Part shown: piece after piece, positions 38,309-49,467 of the stretch
Layout of the letters: every line of letters starts with the position of its first letter
Numbering within the stretch: the stretch's first letter is position 1
Source of the DNA: Camelus dromedarius
Taxonomy: Eukaryota
NCBI RefSeq assembly: GCF_036321535.1
Contig: NC_087436.1
Location: forward strand, 120,034,001-120,098,000
Length of the DNA stretch: 64,000 nt
Direction: 5' to 3'
Made by a program: the position numbers and the translations under genes
The notes under the pieces: model-generated
The model's database searches: none
What the model was told of the DNA's origin: nothing
What the model saw: the letters and a program-made list of their open reading frames with translations, nothing else

Positions 38309-38492
38309 ACCTACGTAAAATAGAAAACCACCAAGGTCCCACTGTGGCGCACAGGGGGCTGTACTCACTACCTTGTAGTGACCTGCAAAGGGAAAGCATC
38401 TGAAAAAGAATAGATTTATATACGTATGTAGAACTGAGTCGCTGTGCTGTGCACCTGCAACACTGTAAATCAACTGTCCCTCAGTGAAAAAA
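38309..38492 (+). mobile_element. Artiodactyl-type L1 3'UTR end
   Basis: aaaatagaaaaccaccaagg.cccactgt..gcacaggg...tctgaaaaagaata...actgagtcgct.tgctgtgcacctg...tgtaaatcaact...aaaaaa. Confidence 0.75.
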
Positions 38493-39127
38493 GATGGGGG
38501 GAAAACCCACAAAGACACCTTCTTACCCACCAAGAGGTGGTTCAAAGGCAAGCTGCCCCTTGTGGACAGTGTGGGAGGCAGAAAGGGATCGTGGTAGCGT
38601 CCGTACCGCTTAACAATATTTGTCGTGACAAACACAGAAGCGGGAGAGAGAAGGTAAAGCGTCCCCACACGCCTGACTGGGACCCCGGGTTGGGCGTGTG
38701 GTTTAAGACCGCGGCAGGGCGGGATCTCGGGGACTGGGCTGGCTCTCCGTGACGTCTGTTTTGGCTTCACGACGCCTGGCCCACGACGTATAATGACGTG
38801 TGTATTAGCGAGGTCGCCTGTTTAACACGCGTGTCTGTCACCAGCTGCAGGGAGGGGCAGATGCTGCCAGTTTAGTCGGCTTTCCTGCCTCCAAGTGCCC
38901 CCAGCACAGTGAGTGCTCAGTAAATATTCCCCAAAGGAGTAAGTGAATGAATGGTTAGTGGAAGAAAACAGGAGTGTTCATCCTGCTGGGAAGATAACCC
39001 ACAGAGAAAGGGGTTTCAGCTCAGTTAGTGTCTTGCAGGACGTTTCAGGGACGGGTAAGTCTCTCGTCACTCGATATGTGTGCAGCAGACACTCGGTGCC
39101 CAGCTGTGCCTTTTCCATGGGACCGGG

Positions 39128-39650
39128 GTGTTTTAAACCACAGGCTTTATTATTACGCAGCATGCGGAGGCCAGCAGGTCAGGAGAGGCTGCCACTGAAA
39201 AGGTCAGTTCCTTGTACTCCCCGTTCCCAAGAGGAGGGGCCGCACCCCGCCAGGCCACGCAGGGCCAGGTGGGGAAGCACTGAGGCGTCCAGGGGCGGGG
39301 ATGGGGGTGGGGGTGGGAAGAGCCTTCAGTGGTTTCACAGGAAGGAACAAGCGAGGCAGGGCAAGCAGCCTTGGGGGGCCGGTCTGGGTATCTCAGTTTG
39401 CTCTGGGACGCAGGGCTGGCCCCAGCTGTGGGGTACCTGGCCCTGGGGTGATGAGGGAGGGGGATGGTGGTCCAGACTTGTGAGCCTCATAAAGGAGGTG
39501 GTGGGGGTGTGGACTCTGGACTGGTTGGTTCACACATGAACTTGTGTGTTTGCTGGTGAGTCCTTGACCGTCTCTAGGAACTGGCTGTCCCTCCAGGGTC
39601 AGTGAGGTCCCGGGTGTCAGAGCATCAGAATAAGAAGACATGCTTAGTAA
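39128..39650 (-). mobile_element. Possible old ERV/ERVL LTR, reverse orientation
   Basis: Reverse-strand AATAAA near 39147 and LTR-like texture; family not recognised. Confidence 0.3.
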
Positions 39651-41584
39651 ACGGACAGCCCTCCCGGTCGGAGGCCAGCCTCCCCGAGGACGGAAGTGGT
39701 CAGCTCTCGGCTCTGCACTGGCCCGGGGGAGGGGGGTGCGGTTCCAGGAGAGACCAGCCCGCTCGGCGTCCAGGACCAGCTGGGATTAGCCCCTCAGTCC
39801 AGGAGACCCGTACACTGGACCCACTTCACTGGGCCCTTGTTCCTGCTACGTTTCCTACACCATTTCTTGACTAATTGGTCCTGTCACATGAAAAGATGGC
39901 CATTTTTAACAGCATCATAAAATTGATGAAGTTTCCATCGTAAAATTTCTGGGCCGCAGACATCGGCTCATGTTTTCCCTGCCTCCCATTGATGAGCTGG
40001 CTCCTGATTTATGCCGGGGAAGGTTTGTGTTGCCTGCTCCCAGAATTACAGCTCACGTGATGGAGACCCGAGTCGTCCCCGTGGTTTTAAGAAGCAAAGC
40101 CAAGAGCCCCGGTGTCGTTTTGCTAAGTTTTATAAGAAATTAACGAGGCGCTACCTTTCCATCCGACAGCCCACCAGGACGTGACTCGTGTTTAGGGCTG
40201 GAGGAGCATCAGTTGAAAGCAGGTTTAATAAAGCCTAACCGGGCCCCTCGGGGAGACGAGTGACCCTCCACCGGACAGAGTGGTGGGCAGGAGGGCTGCC
40301 TCGTGGTTTCTCGAAGGGCGCCGAGAGCACATGGATGATTTTCCTGTCACCAAAGGCAGCCTGGAGAACGGACCTCGCCTCCCCCTCCAGGACGGGGGCC
40401 TCATTCTGACAAGGGAAGTGTCCCTAGTTACTTCGGACGGACCAGCCAACGCCCACCCCATGCCCCAGGCAGAGGATGATGAGGGGCACGGAGGCACGGC
40501 AGGGTCACCTGGTCCTCCAGCTCTGAAAGGTGGGTCTAGCTGGGTCGTTTGTCACCTGGGCATCCCCGGGTCATACACACAGGCCACGCCTCCCACCATC
40601 AGACATGCCTCTCCTGCCTGTGGACCCAGGTGTCCTGCAGGCTGTGCTCCGGCCAGGCCCGAGCTCACGACCTCACCCTCGCCGCTCTGACCAAGCTGTG
40701 GCCACCCCGTGTGTTACATCAGGTGACAGTGGGGACGGCCCCTGGGCTCCTCTGTCCGACCTGTGTCTGCACTGGCCCTTGGGTGGGCGTGCACACCCCC
40801 AGGGACATTTCTGCCCCTGGTACCAGCCGAGCGCAGCTGCACAGGCCTGCCTGGGCCTCCACTCTGACCCCTCTTGTCCCACTGGCAGTGGTCTTTCTAA
40901 AACCAGAAATCTGCCATCCCCCCAACACAGGGAGCCCTGGGCGCACTCCACAGTCTCCCCTCTGCCCAACCGGAGGCCTCGGTCTGACTCCAGCCCGCTC
41001 CTCCGGACTCGCCTTCCACCTTACCCCCAGCCCCAGCCCCTGGCCCAGGTACCAGCTGCTCAGCTGCTCAGCTGCCCCTCTGCCCGGGGGCTGGGCTCTC
41101 ACCCTCTGCTCCTGCCGGGCCTCCCTCGCCTCTCTTCCTGCTGAACTCCTATTTAAGCGCCACGACCTAGCTCAAATGCCCACCCCGCAAACCCTGCCAA
41201 CTGCCCCGAAGGCAGCTGTCTCCAGTGGTTCGGGAACTCTCCATGAGCCCTGCACTGGGAGTGACCTGTTTACACGTGACCTGTTTACTCCTTGGCTGGA
41301 GTGAGCACCCTGAGGGCAGTCACACCCGTTCGGGCCCCGGGCCCCCAGGCGCAAAGCCGGCACTCCGCAGGGGCCAGCGTTCCTGGATGTGACTGGTCAG
41401 GCCTGGGGACTAAAAGCCATTTTTTAAAAACACTGCTTCTTTTGGGAAAGAGGATTCTCGCCCAAGACACAAAGCGCGGGCCCCACCCCGAGCCTAACAC
41501 CCCCTCCATTTAGGGGGAAGGCCCTCCCTGTCCGCCCAGGAGCCAAGCTGGTCAAGACACGGAGGCCGGGTGGGAAGAGCGGAG

Positions 41585-41590
41585 TTTATT
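41585..41590 (-). terminator. AFAP1: AFAP1 polyadenylation signal AATAAA
   Basis: tttatt on + strand just downstream (in transcript direction) of an AT-rich UTR block at 41720-42070. Confidence 0.65.
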
Positions 41591-44500
41591 AGTTACACAC
41601 GTCGAGGCACGCCGCGGGGCGCCGGTCGGGCTACAGCGTGTGAAACTGTAGAAAACTCCTGTCGTAAAGCAGAAAGTTCAGGTGAGGCTACTACAGATCG
41701 GGCAAATGGGCTGAGAACGAGTATTTCCAATGCAAGTTTCTTCTGATAAATTTTTTTACTTTATGAATTAAATACATTGAGAAACACAGTGAAAAATATA
41801 TTTACAGTTATTTAAAATGGGCACTGCCAACATATTTAATTAAAAAATCTTTCCTGTTTCTTGCTTGTTTCTTTCAAAGAGAATTTTTAAATACGACTTT
41901 TGTTTTTAAAAAATACAATAAGGAAATAATTACATTCTTAATATGAAAACATTTTACAACTTAGAGCCATGGTCAATTGGTGCTGAGTACCTGTAATTTA
42001 AAAGCTGATGTTGAAATTTAAAGGTAATGTTCCCTTTCTCATTAGAAAATCAAAGAGTATCTTATTAAAAACACCTTTGGTCCCTAAGAATGAGGGTCTT
42101 GATGATCCCACCTGGAAAACTTCTTCCATGGCAACAACTGGAAACGCCTGGTGACACTTGTAACAACACCGTGAAGTTAAGCTTTCCTGGAAGAACGCAA
42201 CTGGAAATATTTCACAAAAGATGGCAAAAAGGACGCGCGTGAGGCCGACAGTTCTCTGGGCGGGACGCTTTCCCACCTTGAGAAATGACAGGCTGCCCGC
42301 TGCGGCCGGGGCGGAGGCGGGCGGTGCTGCGCCGCGGTGCGAGGCATGAGAGTGTTACTTCACCAGCTGGAGTTTATTTCACAGTATCAACGCGGCCCGG
42401 CGTGGGGAGAAGACAGTACTGGCGACAACAAAACCCCCTCTTTAAAACCAGGCCAGGAGCGGAGATTATTGTTCTCATTAAACAATTATTTTAGGGAAGA
42501 AAAAGAGGAAGGCAACAGTTTAACATGTAAGTGTTGCCGTGACCGTTTTATGAGCCGAGGAGGGCGCTGCCTGCTGCACCCGCAGGGCAGCCCCCGCCGC
42601 CGGCGGTGCAGGGACGGGCAGGGGTGCAGACGCGGCGTCCACACCACCTCCCTGGCGGGAGAGGCCCCGCCCCAGCGCGCCGCCCCTGTGCCCAGCCTGG
42701 GAAGGTTCCTGACAGACGGGACGAGGTGAATAAACAGAACAGCGCCTGGTGAACTAGGTCTGTGGGCAAAATTCACATGTCCTTCCCAACAGTGTGCTGA
42801 CAGGTGTTCTGGAAAGATGGGACCACAGCAAATGAGCTTCCCCAAAACCCTACGCCCACCCCAGCTTCAAAGCTGCCCCCTGGACACCTGTACCTAAATT
42901 GCAAATTGTTGCCACGATTAACAAGAATCTAAAACTCCTTCCTTGGGGAGTGGGGGGCCTTCAGGGCCCAGGACACACACTTTTTGAGACAGACTGTCCG
43001 AAAGGCAGAACAACTGCAGCCTATCAGAGTGATCCTGGGTGCCTAGAAACAGCTCAAACCTACTCACGGATGCGCGAGAGGAGGGAGGTGGATGTCAGGC
43101 TGGACCGCACCAAGGTGTCTGAACCGAAGGGACAAGACTGCTTTTGCACGTGTGGTCCCCGAAGCGCTCGGGAAAGCATCTGGGACCACCGCAGACCCTC
43201 CCTGCACCCCCTCCGAGGGCCATCCTGAGGCTGGGGGAGTGGGCAGGGTGCTGCTGGCTCCCTGGACACCCACAGTCGGGCCCGCCTGACCCTCCTTGGG
43301 CGGACTCCACCTGGCCCACATCAGGGGTGACAGGGCACCCTCAGACCATCACTATTTCTGTCAGGAGCGGATGACAGCTCTTGAGGAATCTGACTTCTCC
43401 CAGCGGAATGGGACCTGCACCCCAGGAGCGAGGGCCTAGGTCGGGCTGCCCCCCACCCCCGACCCTGCCCTGAGCCTGGCCGTCACAGCTGTCTCATGGC
43501 CGCCCGTGTCCCTGGGGCGTGTTTTGGGAGGGTAACGAGGTCCCTGTCAGAGTTCTGACCAGGTGTCCACGGTGCGTCTAACAGGCACAGACATAAATTA
43601 AAACTATACTTGTTGAACATATACAAATAAATAACTTATTTTGAAGCAAATGCTTTAAACTGACTTTCTTATCAAATGTAAAAACATCAAGAGGAAACAT
43701 GGTATCAAAGGAGCCGGGCGTTGGCGGCCTCGCCTTCCACGGGGCGGACGCAGCGGGGTTGAACGCACCATCCTCTTTAAAAGGCTTATGGTTATGAAAG
43801 TCAATTTAAAAAGCTGTTTTTTAAAAACACAAACTATGTATGCCAGGTGTCTGAAGAGCAGGGTCCAAACCTTGGCTCTGGCACCAATGGTGTGACCCAT
43901 GGAGATGGTGGAGGTGACCTCTGCTAATGGTCCACCTGCCAGTGACCGCCCACCTGTGCTGGGCTCAGCTCATGAACACACAATGCTCACATCTTCCCTT
44001 CTTAATAACCGTCGAAATCTGGCCCTCGTCTGGGGCAGAGTTGGCTGCCAATCAGGACGGCCGCAGAGGTTTAACTGGAGACTATTAATTTGACCGGAAG
44101 GCAGCAAGAAGCTATGGAAGGTCAAACATTTTCCCTTTACGGAAAATTAGCTTCATATGATGCCAAGTGGTCCAGCTTCCTGCGCTGATGGACGAACAGG
44201 AGTGCCGGGAAGATGGCCCTGGGCTTGGGGAGGCCCCTCCCTCCCCACTTCCTACCTGGATTAACTGGGGACGGCGGGGGAGGGGCAACTGTGTACGTGC
44301 TGGTGAGGTGCCCTCCACCTGCCACACAAACCGCGGAGGGCGGGGAAGGGTGAGGGCGCCAGCTGACGGCCTACGAGCTGGAGATGCACCAGGCAGACGG
44401 CTCTGAGACCCATCCAAGTGTCCGGTGGACTCGGCGGACGCGCGCGCCCTGCTGGAGGGCCTCCCTTGGCAGTGAGCCTGCTCCCCTGCTCTGCTCAGTG

Positions 44501-45915
44501 AAACCAAACAGCCCGAGCAAGACCTCAGGGCTGTGCCAACCCCAGCCCGGACCAGCAAGGCCGGCGGGAGACATGGCCGCCCCGGGATGCGCTCGTGGGC
44601 ACGTCTGGGGGGGAAACGCAGGCAGGCGGCTTTCTGGCCTCCTGTTCCCTTATCGGGTGAGACACATCCCAAGCAGTAAGCGGCAGGCCTGCAGCCCCTG
44701 CGGGGAGAGCCGGCCTGTCTCCTTGTGTGACTTGGGGTGCGGAGGGCTCAGGGGAACTCGGGTCTCTGCGGCAGGGGGTCCCCCTCCCACAAGGAGGGCT
44801 CCCGAGAGGCCCCCGTCTGACCAAGGGGGGCTGGCCTGGTTCTCAGACCAGATCTAGCTCTACCCGTGGGCCTGGCCGCCCTTCACGCCTTCCTGACTGA
44901 CCGCTCCCAGAAACACCCCTCTGGGGGCAAACATGGAAACCACGGGGCCCCACCTGGACGGCCACGCCCCAAGGCAGGACGTAAACCGAGTGTTTACTTC
45001 TCTCAAGGGCCCTCTTCTGTCCTAAGTTGTACAGTTTCCAGAACCCGCCGCCTTTCAAAGCACTGACGCGCCCACCAGGAACGAGTGTGAGCGTTGCCCG
45101 AGGTCGCCCAGTTCTCTGAGGGTGGCCTGCTGGCTCGGGGTGGGTAGAAAGGGCTCCGGTGTCGGGAAAAGTGGGAAAGGACACACATTCATGCAGTGTC
45201 AGAACACTCTGCTGCCTCTCAAAAGCAGGACAAATAATTAACAAAACAGGACAGAGAATCTCGGCAAAGCCCTTGGAGCTGAGTGTGACACGCAGCGAGG
45301 AGAGAGTTTCAAAGTTTAAAACCAGTGGCAGCTTTTCATGTCCTGGTGACAAAAGCATCTGTCCAGAAAGTTAAAAAAAAAAAAAGGTAAAAAACGCTTC
45401 ACAGCACAATTGTGTCACGCCTTTACCCCAGTGACAGTGACAGGGCCCGGCGTGCGGGGCGGGGGCGCCGCGCCTCGGGGAAGGCGTGCTGCTGGCGCCG
45501 CGGCTGCAAGCCAGGGTCCTCCTGCGGGAGCACGGGCCGCCGGCCGCACCACACCCAGGCCGGGCGGCGCGGGGCGCGCGGGCCAGGCCGTCCGCGCCGT
45601 CCACCGGCCGCCGCTCGCCGTCGGCCCGGGCTGGGCTGAAGCTGGTCCAAGCACCCACCTGACTGGGGAGAGGGAAGCGGCTTCTCCACCGGCCACGGAC
45701 GGCTTCTCCATCCGTCCCTCTTTGTCTTTTAACAAATGAAGTTGGAAGCCAAAGCGTTACAAGTAAATCTCTTTAAGGGGAACCATTGGACAGTAGAGAG
45801 GAGACACGTGAGCGGGTCTGGGTCCCGGCCCCAGGCGTCCTTCCGCTGCTGGAGCCTCCGGCGCTCCCCGGGTCACTGGAGGGGCGACGCCACGGGAGCC
45901 GGAGCGTCCGCGTCT

Positions 45916-45942
45916 CTACGTGCCGTTCTTCAGCTCCCACTC
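45916..45942 (-). CDS. AFAP1: AFAP1 last coding exon: EWELKNGT*
   Basis: ggcag acceptor then GAG TGG GAG CTG AAG AAC GGC ACG TAG. Confidence 0.93.
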   Translation of the reverse strand, partial: EWELKNGT

Positions 45943-48635
45943 CTGCCAGGCGGGGCGAGAGGAAGGGTCAAGATAAGACAGCGCAGACACCCCTCCAGCG
46001 CTCGCGCCCTGGAAAGTGAGGCTGGGTGGCGCCGAGGTTCCTGAACCCAAATCACAGAAGGAGAATCACCATACGGCCCATAAATGAGACCAGCCCGAGG
46101 CCCACCAAGGACTCTGGGCAGATCCACAGGGACATGTGCATGGCATGGTGGTCCCCACGGGGGCCTGGCACCAGGCAGGGCCTTTCCTCCACTGCCCTGG
46201 GGGCAGCGCGCGTTGCGGTGCTGGTCTGAGACACCTGCCCGACTCCTGCTGTGTTGAGGGGTCATTAACTGGGCCGAGAGTACACTGCACACCTTCTCAT
46301 TTTCATGTATTGTATAAATTTAGGAATTTCTCACCTTTTATAGAATTAAAGTTCAAGCTTAATTAAGGATTCAAAGCCTGGCATTAGCAAACGTGGCAGA
46401 AACAAAACACAAACTGAGCCGCCCTCCACCTCGGGAAAACCAGGCATGAGCACCCGCAGATTCTGCGAGGGCGAAGATGACCTGGGGTCCCGCCTTCCTC
46501 CCGCCCTCCCCTCCTGGCTCCCAGAGAGGACGCTGGGCGCCGCACACAGAGGAGGCGCTCAGGGACGCCGGGCCCAGCACTCCAGGGCAGCTCTCTGCAC
46601 AGCTCGCCAGCCTCTGACAGGGTGGTGCAGACTCAGACAGGTGGTGTGTGTGTAAGTGTGTGTCACCTACAGACACTGACAATGTCACCCACACCCACTG
46701 ATGTGTGCAATCACAGGACCAAGCATGGGTCGCCCTGGCCATGAAGCAGAGAGCTCCGAGGACCCGCCCAAGTGGGAGGCCAAGGTGGGTGTTTGTGCCT
46801 GGGGCAGCGCAGCCCTGGGGCCCTGGACAAGGGGCACATGGGGTGGTTCTGAAAGCACCGCAGCCACCCCACTCGGGCCTCCGGAACACCCCTCGCTTGG
46901 CACCAGGACTTCCCAGGCTGAGGGAGAATGCTGGGCCTGGAGCCCGACATCCTGGTCACTTCAGCCCCCTTCCCGTGGGGACAGCCGACTTGACTTTGAA
47001 GAGCGCGCTCTCCCATACTCAGAGCACTCCCTGCCAGGAACTGGAAGTTGTTTTAGGAATACTGCCTGGGATAACACTTCCCGAGCCCAGAATGAGTCAG
47101 ACGCTTCAGCCCTCAGGAAAAGGCCGGGGTGGGAGAGGAGACCACATGTACCCCGCGCCTCCAAGTGTACTGATGCTCCCAGAGTCAGAAGGCCACGCCC
47201 CCACCCCTCCTCCAGCCGTGGGGCCCTGGCACTACTCTTCAGGAGTCCTGGGCCAGCCGCGCCCAATCCCATTCCTTTAGTGAGGCTGAGGGCAAGGCTC
47301 CTGACTACTTCCACGGTGCTTTCTGGACCAGCTAGCAGGGGTAGCTATTTCCCTCTGTGAGTGTGGGCCGGTCTGAGCAGCCAGCTGTGCATCTGAATCA
47401 GCCACAACCATACATCTGACATTCATCACACAAACGGGGCTGAAACTGCAGAGAACTGAGCCTCCGAAGGTGAGGGCAGCCCCCCCACCCAGGAAATGGG
47501 GCCATTCAGAGGCTGGAGTTACAGAACTGTAAACCGATTTCTTTGTCAGTAGGGAAACCAATTAAATGAAATATTTTTTACTGTATTTCCCTTTTTCAAA
47601 TAATTAGGGGGAATTTATTGGACAGCTCAATTCTAAAAATCTCTCAGGCTAAACATATTCCTTTGCAAATGAACATAACAGTTACAAACTGAGAACACTT
47701 GATGGATGCTGAGGAAAGTAACAAATGATGCACAGGATTCTTCTTTTCCCCACATCTGCCGGCACACACAGGCTCAGCCAAGTGCATTTACCGAGAAGGA
47801 CAGATACGCTAGGGACCATCGTCAGGGACCCTCCCCTGAACGCACCAGGGTGTAGCCAGTGGTCAACACACACTTTCTTGTTTAACACCAGATCTACCTT
47901 TCAGAAAATAATATATTTCTAGACAATTTAGAATGGGTTCCAAAGCTGCTGAAGAACAAAGGTAATGACAGCAACCAGAGGCCACTGGAGACAGGGAAGG
48001 GAGGACGTCTGGCCTCGTTCATCAGAACAAATTAAATTCCTTTGGATGATTTAGTGTAATTGTACCAGGTATGACTTTTCATACGATACACTTTCAGTTA
48101 TGCCATCAAGAACTGTTTCCTTTGATAAATGACAGCTTTTCAAATTTTCTGAGATTTTTAAGTTTAGTATCAAAGTATTAGTGGCTAATCCCATCAGAAG
48201 ACTGGAAGATACTGCCAGGGGGGCCTCCTCAGGCCCCAGTTTACAAGGCTGAGGGTGGGGAGGGAGAAGAGGAGTTGGAGAGAGTTTATGCCTGGACTTT
48301 CCATTCTTTGAAAGACCCCAGCAGCCACTGGGTCCAGTCTCTCCTCTACCAATGAGAAAACAGGTCAGGAGAAGCCAGGAGGCCTGCGGGACCAGAGAGA
48401 GAACCAGAGTGGCTGGGTTTCCTGACAGCAGGTGGTAAAGGCCTTGAGGCAAGGTTCTGGTCTTTTCTGCCTTTCAGAAGGAGGATTCCTGATGAGGGGT
48501 CTGATTTAGGAAGGAATGGCATCTAATACAGAAGCTGTAGAACTGAAACAGGAAGCCTGACGTAGCTCCTTCACTCCCTACAAGAGTCTGGAGCTGAAGT
48601 GCCCCCACCCCGTGAGCCTGTGTCAGAGCAGGTGC

Positions 48636-48870
48636 TCCCCCACAAGCCCGGGATGCCTGCTCCCCCATCAGAGCTAATGTCCCCCCCACAGCCCCGGGAT
48701 GCCTGCTCCCCCATCAGAGCTAATGTCCCCCCCACAGCCCCGGGATGCCTGCTCCCCCATCAGAGCTAATGTCCCCCCTACAGCCCCGGGGTGCCTGCTC
48801 CCCATCAGAGCTGATGTCCCCCCCACACCCCCGGGATGCCTGGTCCCCCATTAGTGCCCATGCTCCCCCC
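48636..48870. repeat. 46-bp GC-rich minisatellite, ~5 copies
   Basis: Unit cccccccacagccccgggatgcctgctcccccatcagagctaatgt at 48681, 48727, 48773, 48818, plus a partial copy upstream. Confidence 0.92.
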
Positions 48871-48893
48871 AGGCAGGAGGGGAGAGAGCTCAC

Positions 48894-49058
48894 CTTGGCC
48901 TTCCGAAGCACGTGTCCCCGGCAGGGGGAGCCGCCGGCGGCCGGCTGGCTCTTCTTCAGGACAGCTGCACTGTTCACAGGCACCGGGCCCTCAGCGTCGC
49001 TGGTTTCACAGCTGGACATGGGCGAGTTCTCCAGAGCCCGATGCCGGAACACTGGAGA
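48894..49058 (-). CDS. AFAP1: AFAP1 penultimate exon: [55 protein letters not shown]
   Basis: ttttcttaacag acceptor, AAG|gtgagc donor; 165 nt. Confidence 0.94.
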
Positions 49059-49420
49059 CTGTTAAGAAAAGACACTGAGTAAGGTATGGTTTCCAGGCCA
49101 TCAGTATTTTCCACTAGGAAAATGGTTTATTTTAAAGAAAAAAAATGGGTTTGGAAATAGGCAAAAATGCTAACAGCAGTAATAAGGACACCTCGTAGTG
49201 TCAATTCTAAAAGCAGTGTTAAAACCTCCATCTTACAGGTGGAAAGACTGAGGCTGGGCGGGGGTCGTGGCTGGGAAGGGAGGGGAAGGAGGGGCTCCAG
49301 TCCAGCCTTCTGTGTCCAGCGTGGGCCTCCCCGCCTCCAGTGTGAGCACCTGCACTGAGCTGTCTGACTTCAGAGAGCTCGAACACCTGCAGACCCAGCA
49401 GCAAAGCCGCAGTGCCCGAG

Positions 49421-49467
49421 GCGGGCTCCGGGACCCAGGACGCGGGCTCCGGGACCCAGGACGCGGG
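49421..49467. repeat. 21-bp tandem duplication gcgggctccgggacccaggac
   Basis: Two perfect copies plus a partial third. Confidence 0.85.

Noticed and set aside
47265..47280. GAATGG on the - strand as a candidate AFAP1 last exon
   Set aside because: Poor acceptor and wrong peptide; the true EWELKNGT* exon is at 45916-45942.
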